In this document: positions 40,315 to 48,977 of the stretch, piece after piece
How the letters are laid out: every line of letters begins with the position of its first letter
How positions within the stretch are numbered: the first letter of the stretch is position 1
Source: Cyanobium sp.
GTDB taxonomy: Bacteria > Cyanobacteriota > Cyanobacteriia > PCC-6307 > Cyanobiaceae
Assembly: GCA_044370835.1 (NCBI GenBank)
Contig: JBILUS010000013.1
Location: 10,231 to 74,230, forward strand
Length of the DNA: 64,000 nt
Reading direction: 5' to 3'
Made by a program: the position numbers and the translations under genes
The notes under the pieces: model-generated
Seen by the model: only the letters and a program-made list of their open reading frames with translations
Database searches by the model: none
What the model was told of the DNA's origin: nothing

Positions 40315-42468
40315 ATGGTACTGAAGCTTTTTCGACAACTCGGGGTGCAATCCAAGGTTCTGGCCATGGTGCTGCTGGCCAGTCTGCTGAGCCTGCTGCT
40401 CACAGGCCTGGTGAGCTACAGCATCGGCAGCCATGTGCTCACCACTGCGGTCACGAATCAATTGGTTGCCCTGCGCAACAGCCGCGTGGAAGCGATTAGG
40501 GATTACTTCGGTTTCCTTAGTAACCACGTGCTCACGATGGGCGAGGGTTTTCTGGTGATTGATGGCCTTAAGGATTTTCGTGCCGCCTATCCCAAGCTTC
40601 AGAACACCACCCTTAGCGCGGAGCAGCAGAAAAAACTCGTTGCCTATTACACCGATGTCTTCATTCCCAGGCTCAAAAAGAATGTCGACGGCGAGCCTGC
40701 ACTGGCCACCTACCTGCCCAATACTCCTGCCGATCGCTACATCACCTATCACTACACGGCCAACAATCCCCGCGCCCCGCATCTGTATGAGTTGCAGGAT
40801 GCTGGTGATGGCAGTGAATACAGTGCTGTCCATCGCAAATACAGTCAACGCTTCCGCCGTCTTGCCGAGGTCTTTGGCTATCGCGACATCTTTCTCGTTG
40901 ATGTCGATAGCGCCGACGTTTTGTTTTCCGTGGCCAAAGAAGCGGATATGGGCTCCAACCTCAGGACAGGCGTTTATGCGGACACGGCTCTTGCTAAGAC
41001 GTTTGATGAGATCCGCAAATCGCGTGATCCCAATTTTGTTTATATCTCGGATATTGAACACTACAAGGCCAGTTTCGGTGAGCCGGCCCTTTTTATCGGC
41101 ACCACCGTGTTTGATGGCGATCAGTTCATCGGTGCCCTGATCTATCAGGTGAATCCTGGGGCGATTGACCGGGTGATGACCGATAACAAGAAGTGGGAGC
41201 AGCAGGGCCTTGGTAAAACAGGAGAGTCATTCCTTGTGGCCCAGGATTTCAAGCTCCGCTCCTCCCCAAGGGCGTTTCTGGAAAACCCAGATCAATACTT
41301 CCAAACCCTTCGTGCTCAAGGCGTTACGAAAGAGAAGATTGATTGGATCAAGAGGGCCAATAGTCCGGTTCTGATCCAGGAGGTGAGAACCGAGGGGGCA
41401 AAACGGGCTCTCGCCGGCCAGACCGGTGAGGCTGAGGAAGTCGATTACCGCGGCAAGCGTGTGTTCAAGTCCTTTCAGCCGATCCGGATTGGCAATTTTG
41501 AGTGGGGCTTGGTGACCAAGATCGATAAGGCCGAAGCGCTGCAGGGGGTGTATCGCCTGCGCGATGCCCTGCTGCTGCTGGGTGCCATCCTCATCCCCCT
41601 GCTCACCCTGATGTCCCTGGCATTGGCGCGCAGTTTCATCCAGCCGATTCAGCGCTTGATGCGGGCCACCAAGCAGATCATTGCCGGCGATAGCTCCGTG
41701 CAGGTGAAGGTGGATTCTGCCGATGAATTCGGCGAGCTTTCCCGCTCCTTCAACAGCATGGCCACCACCCTGCAGCAGCGGGAGGAGTCGATCCGCTCCC
41801 AGCTGCAGGAGAACGACCGGCTGCTGCTCAATATCCTGCCGGCCCGCACGGCCGAGCGGCTCAAGCAGGGGGAACAGTCGATCACCGAGCAATATCCGAG
41901 CGTTTCGGTGCTCTATGCCGATCTCGAGGGCTTCCAGGACCTTTCCGCCGAACTGGCGCCCGACCAGGCGATCGTGGTGCTCAATGAATTGATCGGCGCC
42001 TTCGATGATGCTGCTGAACGGTGCGGCGTCGAGAAGCTGCGCAGCACAGGCTCCAACTACCTGGCGGTCTGCGGCCTTTCGGTGCCGCGGATCGACGACG
42101 AGAAGCGCACCGTGGAGCTGGCCCTGGCCATGCTGCAGGTGGTGGAGCGGCTCAGCGCCAAGCATGGCGTGCGCCTCAGCCTCGATATCGGCATCCACAC
42201 GGGCGCCCTGGCCGCCGGTGTGGTGGGCCGGGGCAAGTTTTATTACGACGTCTGGGGCGAGACGATGACCATCGCCCGGGCCATCCACGCCTCCCCCAAG
42301 CAGAACGTGATCCAGGTCACCGAGCCGGTGGTGCGGGCCCTCGATGGGCTTTACAGCTTCGACCCCCTGACGCCCGTTGAGGTGAAGGGCGAGGGGGTGA
42401 TTCCTATCTGGGAGTTGACCCGGTTGGATGCCGCCCTGGTTTCCGCTGCTGCGGGAGGCGCAGGATGA
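40315..42468 (+). CDS. Cache-sensor / HAMP / class III nucleotide cyclase protein with degenerate active site
   Basis: TM - extracytoplasmic domain - TM - HAMP (DEFGEL..SFN.M) - LLLNILP - YADLEGF - GIHTG - YDVWGE. Confidence 0.88.
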   Translation: MVLKLFRQLGVQSKVLAMVLLASLLSLLLTGLVSYSIGSHVLTTAVTNQLVALRNSRVEAIRDYFGFLSNHVLTMGEGFLVIDGLKDFRAAYPKLQNTTLSAEQQKKLVAYYTDVFIPRLKKNVDGEPALATYLPNTPADRYITYHYTANNPRAPHLYELQDAGDGSEYSAVHRKYSQRFRRLAEVFGYRDIFLVDVDSADVLFSVAKEADMGSNLRTGVYADTALAKTFDEIRKSRDPNFVYISDIEHYKASFGEPALFIGTTVFDGDQFIGALIYQVNPGAIDRVMTDNKKWEQQGLGKTGESFLVAQDFKLRSSPRAFLENPDQYFQTLRAQGVTKEKIDWIKRANSPVLIQEVRTEGAKRALAGQTGEAEEVDYRGKRVFKSFQPIRIGNFEWGLVTKIDKAEALQGVYRLRDALLLLGAILIPLLTLMSLALARSFIQPIQRLMRATKQIIAGDSSVQVKVDSADEFGELSRSFNSMATTLQQREESIRSQLQENDRLLLNILPARTAERLKQGEQSITEQYPSVSVLYADLEGFQDLSAELAPDQAIVVLNELIGAFDDAAERCGVEKLRSTGSNYLAVCGLSVPRIDDEKRTVELALAMLQVVERLSAKHGVRLSLDIGIHTGALAAGVVGRGKFYYDVWGETMTIARAIHASPKQNVIQVTEPVVRALDGLYSFDPLTPVEVKGEGVIPIWELTRLDAALVSAAAGGAG

Positions 42469-44093
42469 GCAATCCGCTCCTGTTCGCTGCCGCCAGCGCC
42501 GCCAGTCCCAGCGGCAGCACAACCCTGATCGCGCCGGGCGCCGCGGCTGCGGCAGCCCTCGGACACCTCAATCCGTTCTGGGTTTTCGTGCTGGTGCTGG
42601 GCTTCCCGCTGCTGATGCTCCTGCTCGGCGAGGGACTCCGTTGGCTGCAGCGCCACCAACCGGCCTTCGTGGCGCCGCTGGCCATCCTGCGCAACTGGAC
42701 CCTGCCGGCGCTGGCCCTCTATTTGCTGCTGGTGGATCTGCTGGCGCGGCCCCGATCGGCGGTGGGGGTGCGGATCAGCGAGACCCTGGTGTGGATCACC
42801 CTGATTCTGGCGGCCCTCTCGCTGCTGAATGTGATCCTGTTTGAGGGGGCACCGCAGGGCAGCTGGCAGGCCAAGGTGCCCAAGCTGTTCCGCGATCTGG
42901 GCCGCTTCCTGCTGGTGCTGATCGGCTCGGCGATCGTGCTCTCCAGCGTCTGGGGGGCCGATCTGGGCGGCTTCCTCACCGCCCTGGGGGTGGGATCGCT
43001 GGTGCTGGGTCTAGCCCTGCAGGACAGCCTCGGCAACATCTTCTCCGGCGTGGCCCTGCTGTTCGAGCAGCCGATCGGCATGGGCGACTGGGTGCAGATC
43101 GGCGACAGCCTCGGCGAGGTGGTGGAGGTGAACTGGCGTTCGGTGCACCTCAAGACCTTCAATGACGATCTGAGGGTGATCCCGAACTCGGAACTCGCCA
43201 AGGGCCAGTTCATCAACTTCAGCCGTCCAACACCCCTGCACCGCGTCGAGGTGCCGATCTCCTTTTCTTACGACGATCCCCCCAATCGGGTGCGCCAGCT
43301 GCTGATTGGCGCGGCGCTGGAAATTCCCGCTGTTCTGGATACACCGCCGCCGGATGTGGTGGTGGTGAGTTATGGGGATTTCGCGATCAACTACAAGGTT
43401 CAGGTCTTTGCGCCCGATTACCGCACCGGTGACGGAATCCAGGATGAGATCAACCGGCGCATTTGGTATCTGGCCAAGCGGCATGGCCTCACGATGCCCT
43501 ACCCGATGCAGCAGGAGGTTCCCTACGAGTCCACCGCCCCCACGCCCGTTCAGCAGGGTGTGGCCTCGCTGCAGTTGCTGAAGAGCACACCCGGCTTCGC
43601 CTCCCTCTCCAGCGAACGGCTGGAGCAGCTTCTGGCCGATTGTCAGGTTCTCTCCTATGCCACCCATGAGGTGGTGGTGCATCGCCTGATGCCTCTCGAT
43701 GGCCTCTACCTGATCCTGAGTGGCGAGGCCGAGTTGGTGGTGCCTGATGTCAACGGCCGCTCCTGCAGCCTGGGGGTGCTGTTGCAGGGGGAATGCTTCG
43801 GTGAGAAGAGCTCACTGCTGCATGGCCGTATTGCCGAAACCACCGTGCGCGCCTGCGACGACCTCGAGGTGCTCGTGATCCCTGCCGAGCGCCTGCAGGA
43901 GGTGTTGGTGGAGTCTCCCCGCCTGGCCTCCGATCTGGCCGAGGTGATCGAGATTCGTCAGAGGGCCGCGGCGAAGGTGCTGGAGGGAGGGCTGCAGAGG
44001 CGACGATCTGCGGCAACCCCGTTGCCACAACCTGTCGAAGGCCCGGCGGTGGATGGGAGTACCGCTGGGGGTGTGCAACGGTTGCTGGGTTGA
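42465..44093 (+). CDS. MscS-family mechanosensitive channel with C-terminal cNMP-binding domain (bCNG-like)
   Basis: LGLALQDSLGNIFSG, GDWVQIG, IPNS.L, FSY..P; C-terminal GE.FGE...TVRA; ATGA overlap with the cyclase gene. Confidence 0.9.
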   Translation: MSNPLLFAAASAASPSGSTTLIAPGAAAAAALGHLNPFWVFVLVLGFPLLMLLLGEGLRWLQRHQPAFVAPLAILRNWTLPALALYLLLVDLLARPRSAVGVRISETLVWITLILAALSLLNVILFEGAPQGSWQAKVPKLFRDLGRFLLVLIGSAIVLSSVWGADLGGFLTALGVGSLVLGLALQDSLGNIFSGVALLFEQPIGMGDWVQIGDSLGEVVEVNWRSVHLKTFNDDLRVIPNSELAKGQFINFSRPTPLHRVEVPISFSYDDPPNRVRQLLIGAALEIPAVLDTPPPDVVVVSYGDFAINYKVQVFAPDYRTGDGIQDEINRRIWYLAKRHGLTMPYPMQQEVPYESTAPTPVQQGVASLQLLKSTPGFASLSSERLEQLLADCQVLSYATHEVVVHRLMPLDGLYLILSGEAELVVPDVNGRSCSLGVLLQGECFGEKSSLLHGRIAETTVRACDDLEVLVIPAERLQEVLVESPRLASDLAEVIEIRQRAAAKVLEGGLQRRRSAATPLPQPVEGPAVDGSTAGGVQRLLG

Positions 44094-44125
44094 GAGGAGG
44101 TGGCGCGGCTCGGGGTCGCTTCTCC

Positions 44126-44956
44126 TCAGAACTCCTCGTCTTCGCTGTCCTCCTCCTCCGGGGGCCAGGCCAGGTTGATGGTCACCGGCGCGTGGTCGCT
44201 CGGTTGCAGGTTGCCGCGCACCCCGGCATGAATCGTGCAGCCCAGGGCGTGGTCGCGGAGTTCGGCATCGAGATAGACGTGGTCGATCCGCCAGCCGCGG
44301 CCCATCTCCCAGCCGGCGGTGCGGTAGTCCCACCAGCTCCAGTGGCCGGCCCCGGGCTCAAACAGCCGGAAGCCATCCTCCAGCCGCTCCCCCAGGGCGG
44401 CGAGCAGGGCCACGCGTTCCGGTTCGCTGGCCATGATCCCGCCGGTGAGGCGGGCCGGGTCGTGGATGTCGCGGGCCTCCAGGGCGATGTTGAAGTCGCC
44501 CACCATCACCAGGGGCTCACCTGAAGCCTCCTGGGCCTCCAGGTAGCGCTTCAGGCAGGCCAGCCATTCGAGCTTGTAGGCGTACTTCTCCGAGCTCAGC
44601 GAAGAGCCGTTGGGCACGTAGAGGTTGAGCACGCGCAGGCCCTCGACACGGGCGCTGATCACCCGCTTCTGCTCCCCTAGGCCCGGGGCCTGCGGATCCT
44701 GCGGCAGCAGCGGCGCGAAGCCCACCTGGACATCCTCGAGCGGCAGGCGGCTGAGAATCGCCACGCCGTTGTAGGCCTTCTGGCCGCTGATCGCCGCCGT
44801 GTAGCCCAGGGCCTGGAAGGCCTCGAAGGGGAAGAGCTCATCGGCCACCTTCGTTTCCTGAAGGCACACCACCTCGGGTGCCTCGGCCTCGAGCCAGGCC
44901 CGCACCTGGTCGAGGCGCGTGCGCACCGAGTTCACGTTCCAGGTGGCGATCCGCAT
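44126..44956 (-). CDS. xth: Exodeoxyribonuclease III
   Basis: MRIATWNVNSVR, CLQETK, YNGVAI, YVPNG, GDFN, WWDYR, GWRIDH, SDHAPV. Confidence 0.95.
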   Translation of the reverse strand: MRIATWNVNSVRTRLDQVRAWLEAEAPEVVCLQETKVADELFPFEAFQALGYTAAISGQKAYNGVAILSRLPLEDVQVGFAPLLPQDPQAPGLGEQKRVISARVEGLRVLNLYVPNGSSLSSEKYAYKLEWLACLKRYLEAQEASGEPLVMVGDFNIALEARDIHDPARLTGGIMASEPERVALLAALGERLEDGFRLFEPGAGHWSWWDYRTAGWEMGRGWRIDHVYLDAELRDHALGCTIHAGVRGNLQPSDHAPVTINLAWPPEEEDSEDEEF

Positions 44957-45020
44957 GGTCGGCTGCGTTGGCAAAACACTCGTAAAGTCGACTCACGTCG
45001 TGAGCCCCGGGCCGCAGGTT

Positions 45021-45404
45021 ATGGCCAACACCCCCCTTCCCTTCGTCAGCCCGTCGACCACGGGCCCTGCCGTGATCCGCCGCCAGGGCCAGACCTTCAC
45101 CCTGGCCATCGGCCTGGCGAGCGGCCTGGCCCTGGGAGCCCTCCCGGCCGGAGCCCAGCAGGCCGGCTACGGCCAGACGATCGGCATCTCGCCCCAGGAA
45201 CGCCAGATCTATGGCGGCAGCGGCAGCGGCAGCAGTTCGCCGCTCGATGCCAAGAATCCGATCGACCTGATCAACCAGATGCGCCGCAGCACCTCCCTCG
45301 ACGACGCCACCCCCCCGTCCAAAGCGGTGGATCAGGCCCTCAAGGCCCTGGAGGCGCCGCAGCCGGCGCCGGCGAAGCCGGGGCCGGTGCTGAAGGGGCC
45401 CTGA
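45021..45404 (+). CDS. Exported hypothetical protein
   Basis: Signal-peptide-like segment ending AGAQQ; NP.DLIN..RR, DDATPP..AVD.AL. Confidence 0.6.
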   Translation: MANTPLPFVSPSTTGPAVIRRQGQTFTLAIGLASGLALGALPAGAQQAGYGQTIGISPQERQIYGGSGSGSSSPLDAKNPIDLINQMRRSTSLDDATPPSKAVDQALKALEAPQPAPAKPGPVLKGP

Positions 45405-46185
45405 GTTTTTCCAGGCCCCAGCTGGCGGCCAGAGCATCGAGACGGGGGTCCGGCTTTTCCGGATCAGCGCTCCTGCGGCGGGCCTGTTGCAAGGCCTCCA
45501 TGGCCCCCGGCCCGTTGCCGCGGCCGTGGCGCAGCAGGGCCAGGCCGATCATGGGGCGCTGGTCGGTGGGGAAGGCGGCGGCCAGCTCCTGGTAGGTGAC
45601 CTCGGCGGCGGGCGCCTCGCCGCGCTTCTGCTGGAGTTCGGCCAGCAGCAGCCCCACCCCGAGGGCCTGGGGCTTCGCTTCGGGGCGGATCAGGCCGGCG
45701 TAGACCGCCTTTACCTGGGCTTCGGCGGCCTTGCCCTCGCCCTGTTCGAGCTTGAGCAGGGCGAGCAGCTGCAAGGCTTCCACCTGGTCGCTGCGGCGGC
45801 TAAGGATCTGGCGCAGCTCCCGCTCGGCGCCGGCCCGATCGCCCTGGTCACGGCGCAGTTCGGCCAGCATCAACCGCAGCGACCAACGCTCCGGTGCCTG
45901 GTCGGCCATGGGTTCCAGCACGCCGATCGCCTCTCCCTTGCGGTTGAGAGCCACCAGCAGTTCCAAGTAACGCTGACGTTCGCTGTCCTGGGCCTCGCCG
46001 CGGGCGAGCTTGCCCCGCAGCCGATCCGCCTCCTGCAGCAGCGAGGCACGGTTCGCATCCTCGGGAGCCCCGCCCACCTGCATCCGGCCGAGCCACCAGC
46101 CGGCGGCGAGCGCCACGACGCAGAGGGCGGTGGCACCGGCCACGGTCCAGCCAATGGCGGAGCTGCTGCGGTTGGGGGTGGACAT
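45340..46185 (-). CDS. Membrane-anchored TPR-repeat protein
   Basis: N-terminal TM followed by helical TPR-like repeats. Confidence 0.75.
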   Translation of the reverse strand: MSTPNRSSSAIGWTVAGATALCVVALAAGWWLGRMQVGGAPEDANRASLLQEADRLRGKLARGEAQDSERQRYLELLVALNRKGEAIGVLEPMADQAPERWSLRLMLAELRRDQGDRAGAERELRQILSRRSDQVEALQLLALLKLEQGEGKAAEAQVKAVYAGLIRPEAKPQALGVGLLLAELQQKRGEAPAAEVTYQELAAAFPTDQRPMIGLALLRHGRGNGPGAMEALQQARRRSADPEKPDPRLDALAASWGLEKLRAPSAPAPASPAPAAAPPGP

Positions 46186-46291
46186 CCGGGCTGGGGTGAG
46201 CGGGTTCAAGCCCCGAGCGGAGGCTACCTGCAGCACTGGCTACATTGGCCCGGGCCCAATCCCGTCCCCTGCGGGGTTCCGCTCCCTCACC

Positions 46292-47047
46292 ATGCGCCAG
46301 CACCCCATCTCCCCGGTCACCGAACCGATGCAGTACCGGGCCATCGGCGTGGTGCGCGGCCTCTACGAACCCACCGACCCGGACCAGCCCACCCGCGGCG
46401 TGATCCGCACCGAGGACGGCACCGAACTTGAGGCCGTGGTCCTCGGCCGGCTGCTCACCCTGATGCGCCGCCACCTCGATTTGGCCATCCCTCACCTCTG
46501 GGTGGTGTACCCCCGCAGCCGCGACGAGAACCAGCTCCACCTCCAGATGGTGGGGGTCTGGGAACCCAGCACCCTGGCGGCCGCAGCCGAGGAGGAGGCC
46601 GACGCCGCCCCCACCGACGATCTGGTCGAGGGTGACGGCTACTTCTCGGTGCGCGGCGAGCTGATCTACACCCGCCCTGAAACCGGTGATCTGGTGGTGA
46701 AGGTGCGCCAGCAGCCCCGCCCGGACGGCAGCCGGCCGATCCCCTTCAAGCTGCAGCTGCGGGGGGAGGTGCCTCTGGAGCACCTGCGCCATTTCGTGGC
46801 CCTCGACCTGCGCCGCCAGGGCCAGCACCTCGCCCTGGAGGGCTTTGAGGTGATGGGCCCCCTGGCCCAGCGCGGCACCCGGGGCGGTAAGGGCCGTCGC
46901 GGCCCCGGCCCTGGCGGCGGAGGTGGTGGCGGTGGCAGCGAGCGGCGGGGCAAGGAGCGCCCCGCCGGTGAGGGCAATCCGGAACGGCCCGGGGGTGGGG
47001 GTCCCACCCGCAACCACGGCAGGGCGGTGAGCCGCCCCTCCCGGTGA
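46292..47047 (+). CDS. Conserved cyanobacterial hypothetical protein
   Basis: QYRAIG.VRG.Y.P, HLWVVYPR, FSVRGELIY; Gly/Arg-rich tail. Confidence 0.75.
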   Translation: MRQHPISPVTEPMQYRAIGVVRGLYEPTDPDQPTRGVIRTEDGTELEAVVLGRLLTLMRRHLDLAIPHLWVVYPRSRDENQLHLQMVGVWEPSTLAAAAEEEADAAPTDDLVEGDGYFSVRGELIYTRPETGDLVVKVRQQPRPDGSRPIPFKLQLRGEVPLEHLRHFVALDLRRQGQHLALEGFEVMGPLAQRGTRGGKGRRGPGPGGGGGGGGSERRGKERPAGEGNPERPGGGGPTRNHGRAVSRPSR

Positions 47048-47063
47048 GCCGGAGGCTGGCGCG

Positions 47064-47723
47064 ATGAGGGGAGCCTTCACCGCCGGCGTGGCGGTGCTCG
47101 TGGTGAGCCTGATGGCAGTGGTGGGTCCCCTGCTGGGTCTCTCCCCCTGGATCACGAGCGTGCTGGTGCTGCTGAGCCTCGGCTTCCTCACCGTGGATGC
47201 GGCCCGCTTCAACGGCCGGGGCGGGCACCTGCTGGCCGAAGCCCTGCCCGGTGGTCTGAGCCGGCTGCGGCGGATCGCCCTCCATGAGGCCGCCCATGCC
47301 CTGGTGGCCGACGACGAAGGCCTGGCCGTGGGCGCCGTTCACGTGGGCAGCCTGGCCTGCCTGCGGGCCGGCCTGGCGGCGGGCGGCACCACGGTGCTGG
47401 AGCCCCCCGCCAGCGCCCGGCTGCCCCTCGAGGAGCTGCGCCGCTGGAGTCGGGTGCTGCTGGCCGGCATGGCGGCCGAAACCCTGATCTACGGCGACAG
47501 CGAAGGTGGCGCCGACGACCGCTCCCTGCTGGGGCGGTTGTGGGGCCTCTCCGGCCAGGACGTGGACACCGCCCAGCGCGAACAGCGCCGGGCCCGGCGG
47601 GAGGTGGAGCAATGGTTGCGCCAGCGGCGGCCCGCCCTGGAACAGGAGGCCGAGCGGCTGGCCAGCGCCGCCCCCCGCCTCGGGCGACCCGGGGCAGCGC
47701 CAACAGCGACGCCAGCGGCATGA
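47064..47723 (+). CDS. Membrane M41-like zinc metalloprotease domain protein lacking the AAA module
   Basis: Two TMs, HEAAH (HExxH), LLAG.AAE..YG..GG.DD. Confidence 0.75.
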   Translation: MRGAFTAGVAVLVVSLMAVVGPLLGLSPWITSVLVLLSLGFLTVDAARFNGRGGHLLAEALPGGLSRLRRIALHEAAHALVADDEGLAVGAVHVGSLACLRAGLAAGGTTVLEPPASARLPLEELRRWSRVLLAGMAAETLIYGDSEGGADDRSLLGRLWGLSGQDVDTAQREQRRARREVEQWLRQRRPALEQEAERLASAAPRLGRPGAAPTATPAA

Positions 47724-48970
47724 GCCTGCTCCTGCTGGATTGCCCCACCGGCGTGGCCGGCAACATGCTGCTGGCGGCCCTGCTCGATCTGGGCGTTCCC
47801 GAGGTGGTGGTGCACCGGGCCCTGGCGGACCTCGGACTCGAGGGCCGCTACCGCCTCCAGCTCGACCAACGCCGCAGCGCGGGGCTGCGGGGGCTCCACC
47901 TGGCGGTGGAAAGCCTGGAGGCCGATCCCCCCCACCGCACCTGGGCCTCCCTGCAGCGCCAGCTGGCCGAATCGGGCCTGGCGCCGGAGCTCCGGGGACG
48001 GGTGATCGCGGTGTTCAGCCTGCTGGCGGAGGCCGAGGCCGCGGTGCACGGCGAACCGGTGGAGGCGGTGCACTTCCATGAGGTGGGGGCCCTCGATGCC
48101 CTGGTGGATGTGGTGGGGGTCTGCGCCGCGCTGCTGCACCTGGAGGTGGACCAGCTGGTCTGCGGCGTTCCCCCCGCCGGCCACGGCCGCGTGACCACCG
48201 CCCATGGATCCCTGCCCCTGCCGGCGCCGGCGGTGCTGGAGATCGCCCGACGGCGCGCCATCCCCCTGGGCACGAGCGAAGGCTTCCCGCCCGGGGAGCT
48301 CACCACCCCCACGGGGCTGGCGCTGGTGGCCTGCTGGGCCGACCGCTTCGGCCCGGCGCCGGCGGCGGTGCCCCTGCGCCTCGGGGTGGGCCTGGGCAGC
48401 CGCAGCCTCGACCGTCCCAACCTGGTGCGCCTCTGCCTGGCCCGCGCGATCGAACCGGCCGGCGTGGCAGCCGAGGAACCCATCCCGGCCGCGGGCGAAG
48501 GGGAGACCCACGAACCGCTGCTGGAACAGCAGGCCCAGATCGACGATGCCAGCGCCGAGGACCTGGCCTTCCTGGCCGAGGCCCTGCGCCAGGCAGGGGC
48601 GGTGGAGGTGTTCAGCCAGCCAGTGGCCATGAAGAAGGGCAGGATCGGCACCCTGATCACAGCCCTGATGCCCCCCCACCTGGCCCCCGCCCTGCGCCAG
48701 GTGTGGTGGCGCCACGGCAGCAGCCTGGGGGTGCGCGAAACGCTGCAGCGGCGCTGGCTGCTGCCCCGCCGGGAGGACACCGTGGCCACGGCCCTCGGCC
48801 CGGTGGCCATCAAGTGGGTGGACCTGCCGGGAGGCCGGCGCCGCGGCCGGCCCGAATACGAGGATCTGGCCGCCCTGGCCCGCCGCCACGGCCTGGGCTT
48901 CGACCAGGTGCGGGCCGTGGTGGCCGAAGCCCTGGCCCGCCAGGCTGAAGACGCCGACGGGGAGCCATGA
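47720..48970 (+). CDS. larC: Nickel-pincer cofactor nickel insertase LarC
   Basis: DC..GVAGNM...ALLDLG, HFHEVGALD, GELTTPTG, MKKGR.G, PEYED. Confidence 0.9.
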   Translation: MSLLLLDCPTGVAGNMLLAALLDLGVPEVVVHRALADLGLEGRYRLQLDQRRSAGLRGLHLAVESLEADPPHRTWASLQRQLAESGLAPELRGRVIAVFSLLAEAEAAVHGEPVEAVHFHEVGALDALVDVVGVCAALLHLEVDQLVCGVPPAGHGRVTTAHGSLPLPAPAVLEIARRRAIPLGTSEGFPPGELTTPTGLALVACWADRFGPAPAAVPLRLGVGLGSRSLDRPNLVRLCLARAIEPAGVAAEEPIPAAGEGETHEPLLEQQAQIDDASAEDLAFLAEALRQAGAVEVFSQPVAMKKGRIGTLITALMPPHLAPALRQVWWRHGSSLGVRETLQRRWLLPRREDTVATALGPVAIKWVDLPGGRRRGRPEYEDLAALARRHGLGFDQVRAVVAEALARQAEDADGEP

Positions 48971-48977
48971 TCGCGCC

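Noticed and set aside
41461-41475. tRNA T-loop-like GTTCAAGTCC
   Set aside because: Lies inside the cyclase CDS with no cloverleaf; no tRNA or integration site found
39400-44100. Prophage, IS or defence island
   Set aside because: No integrase, transposase, terminal repeats, nuclease or other defence domains visible
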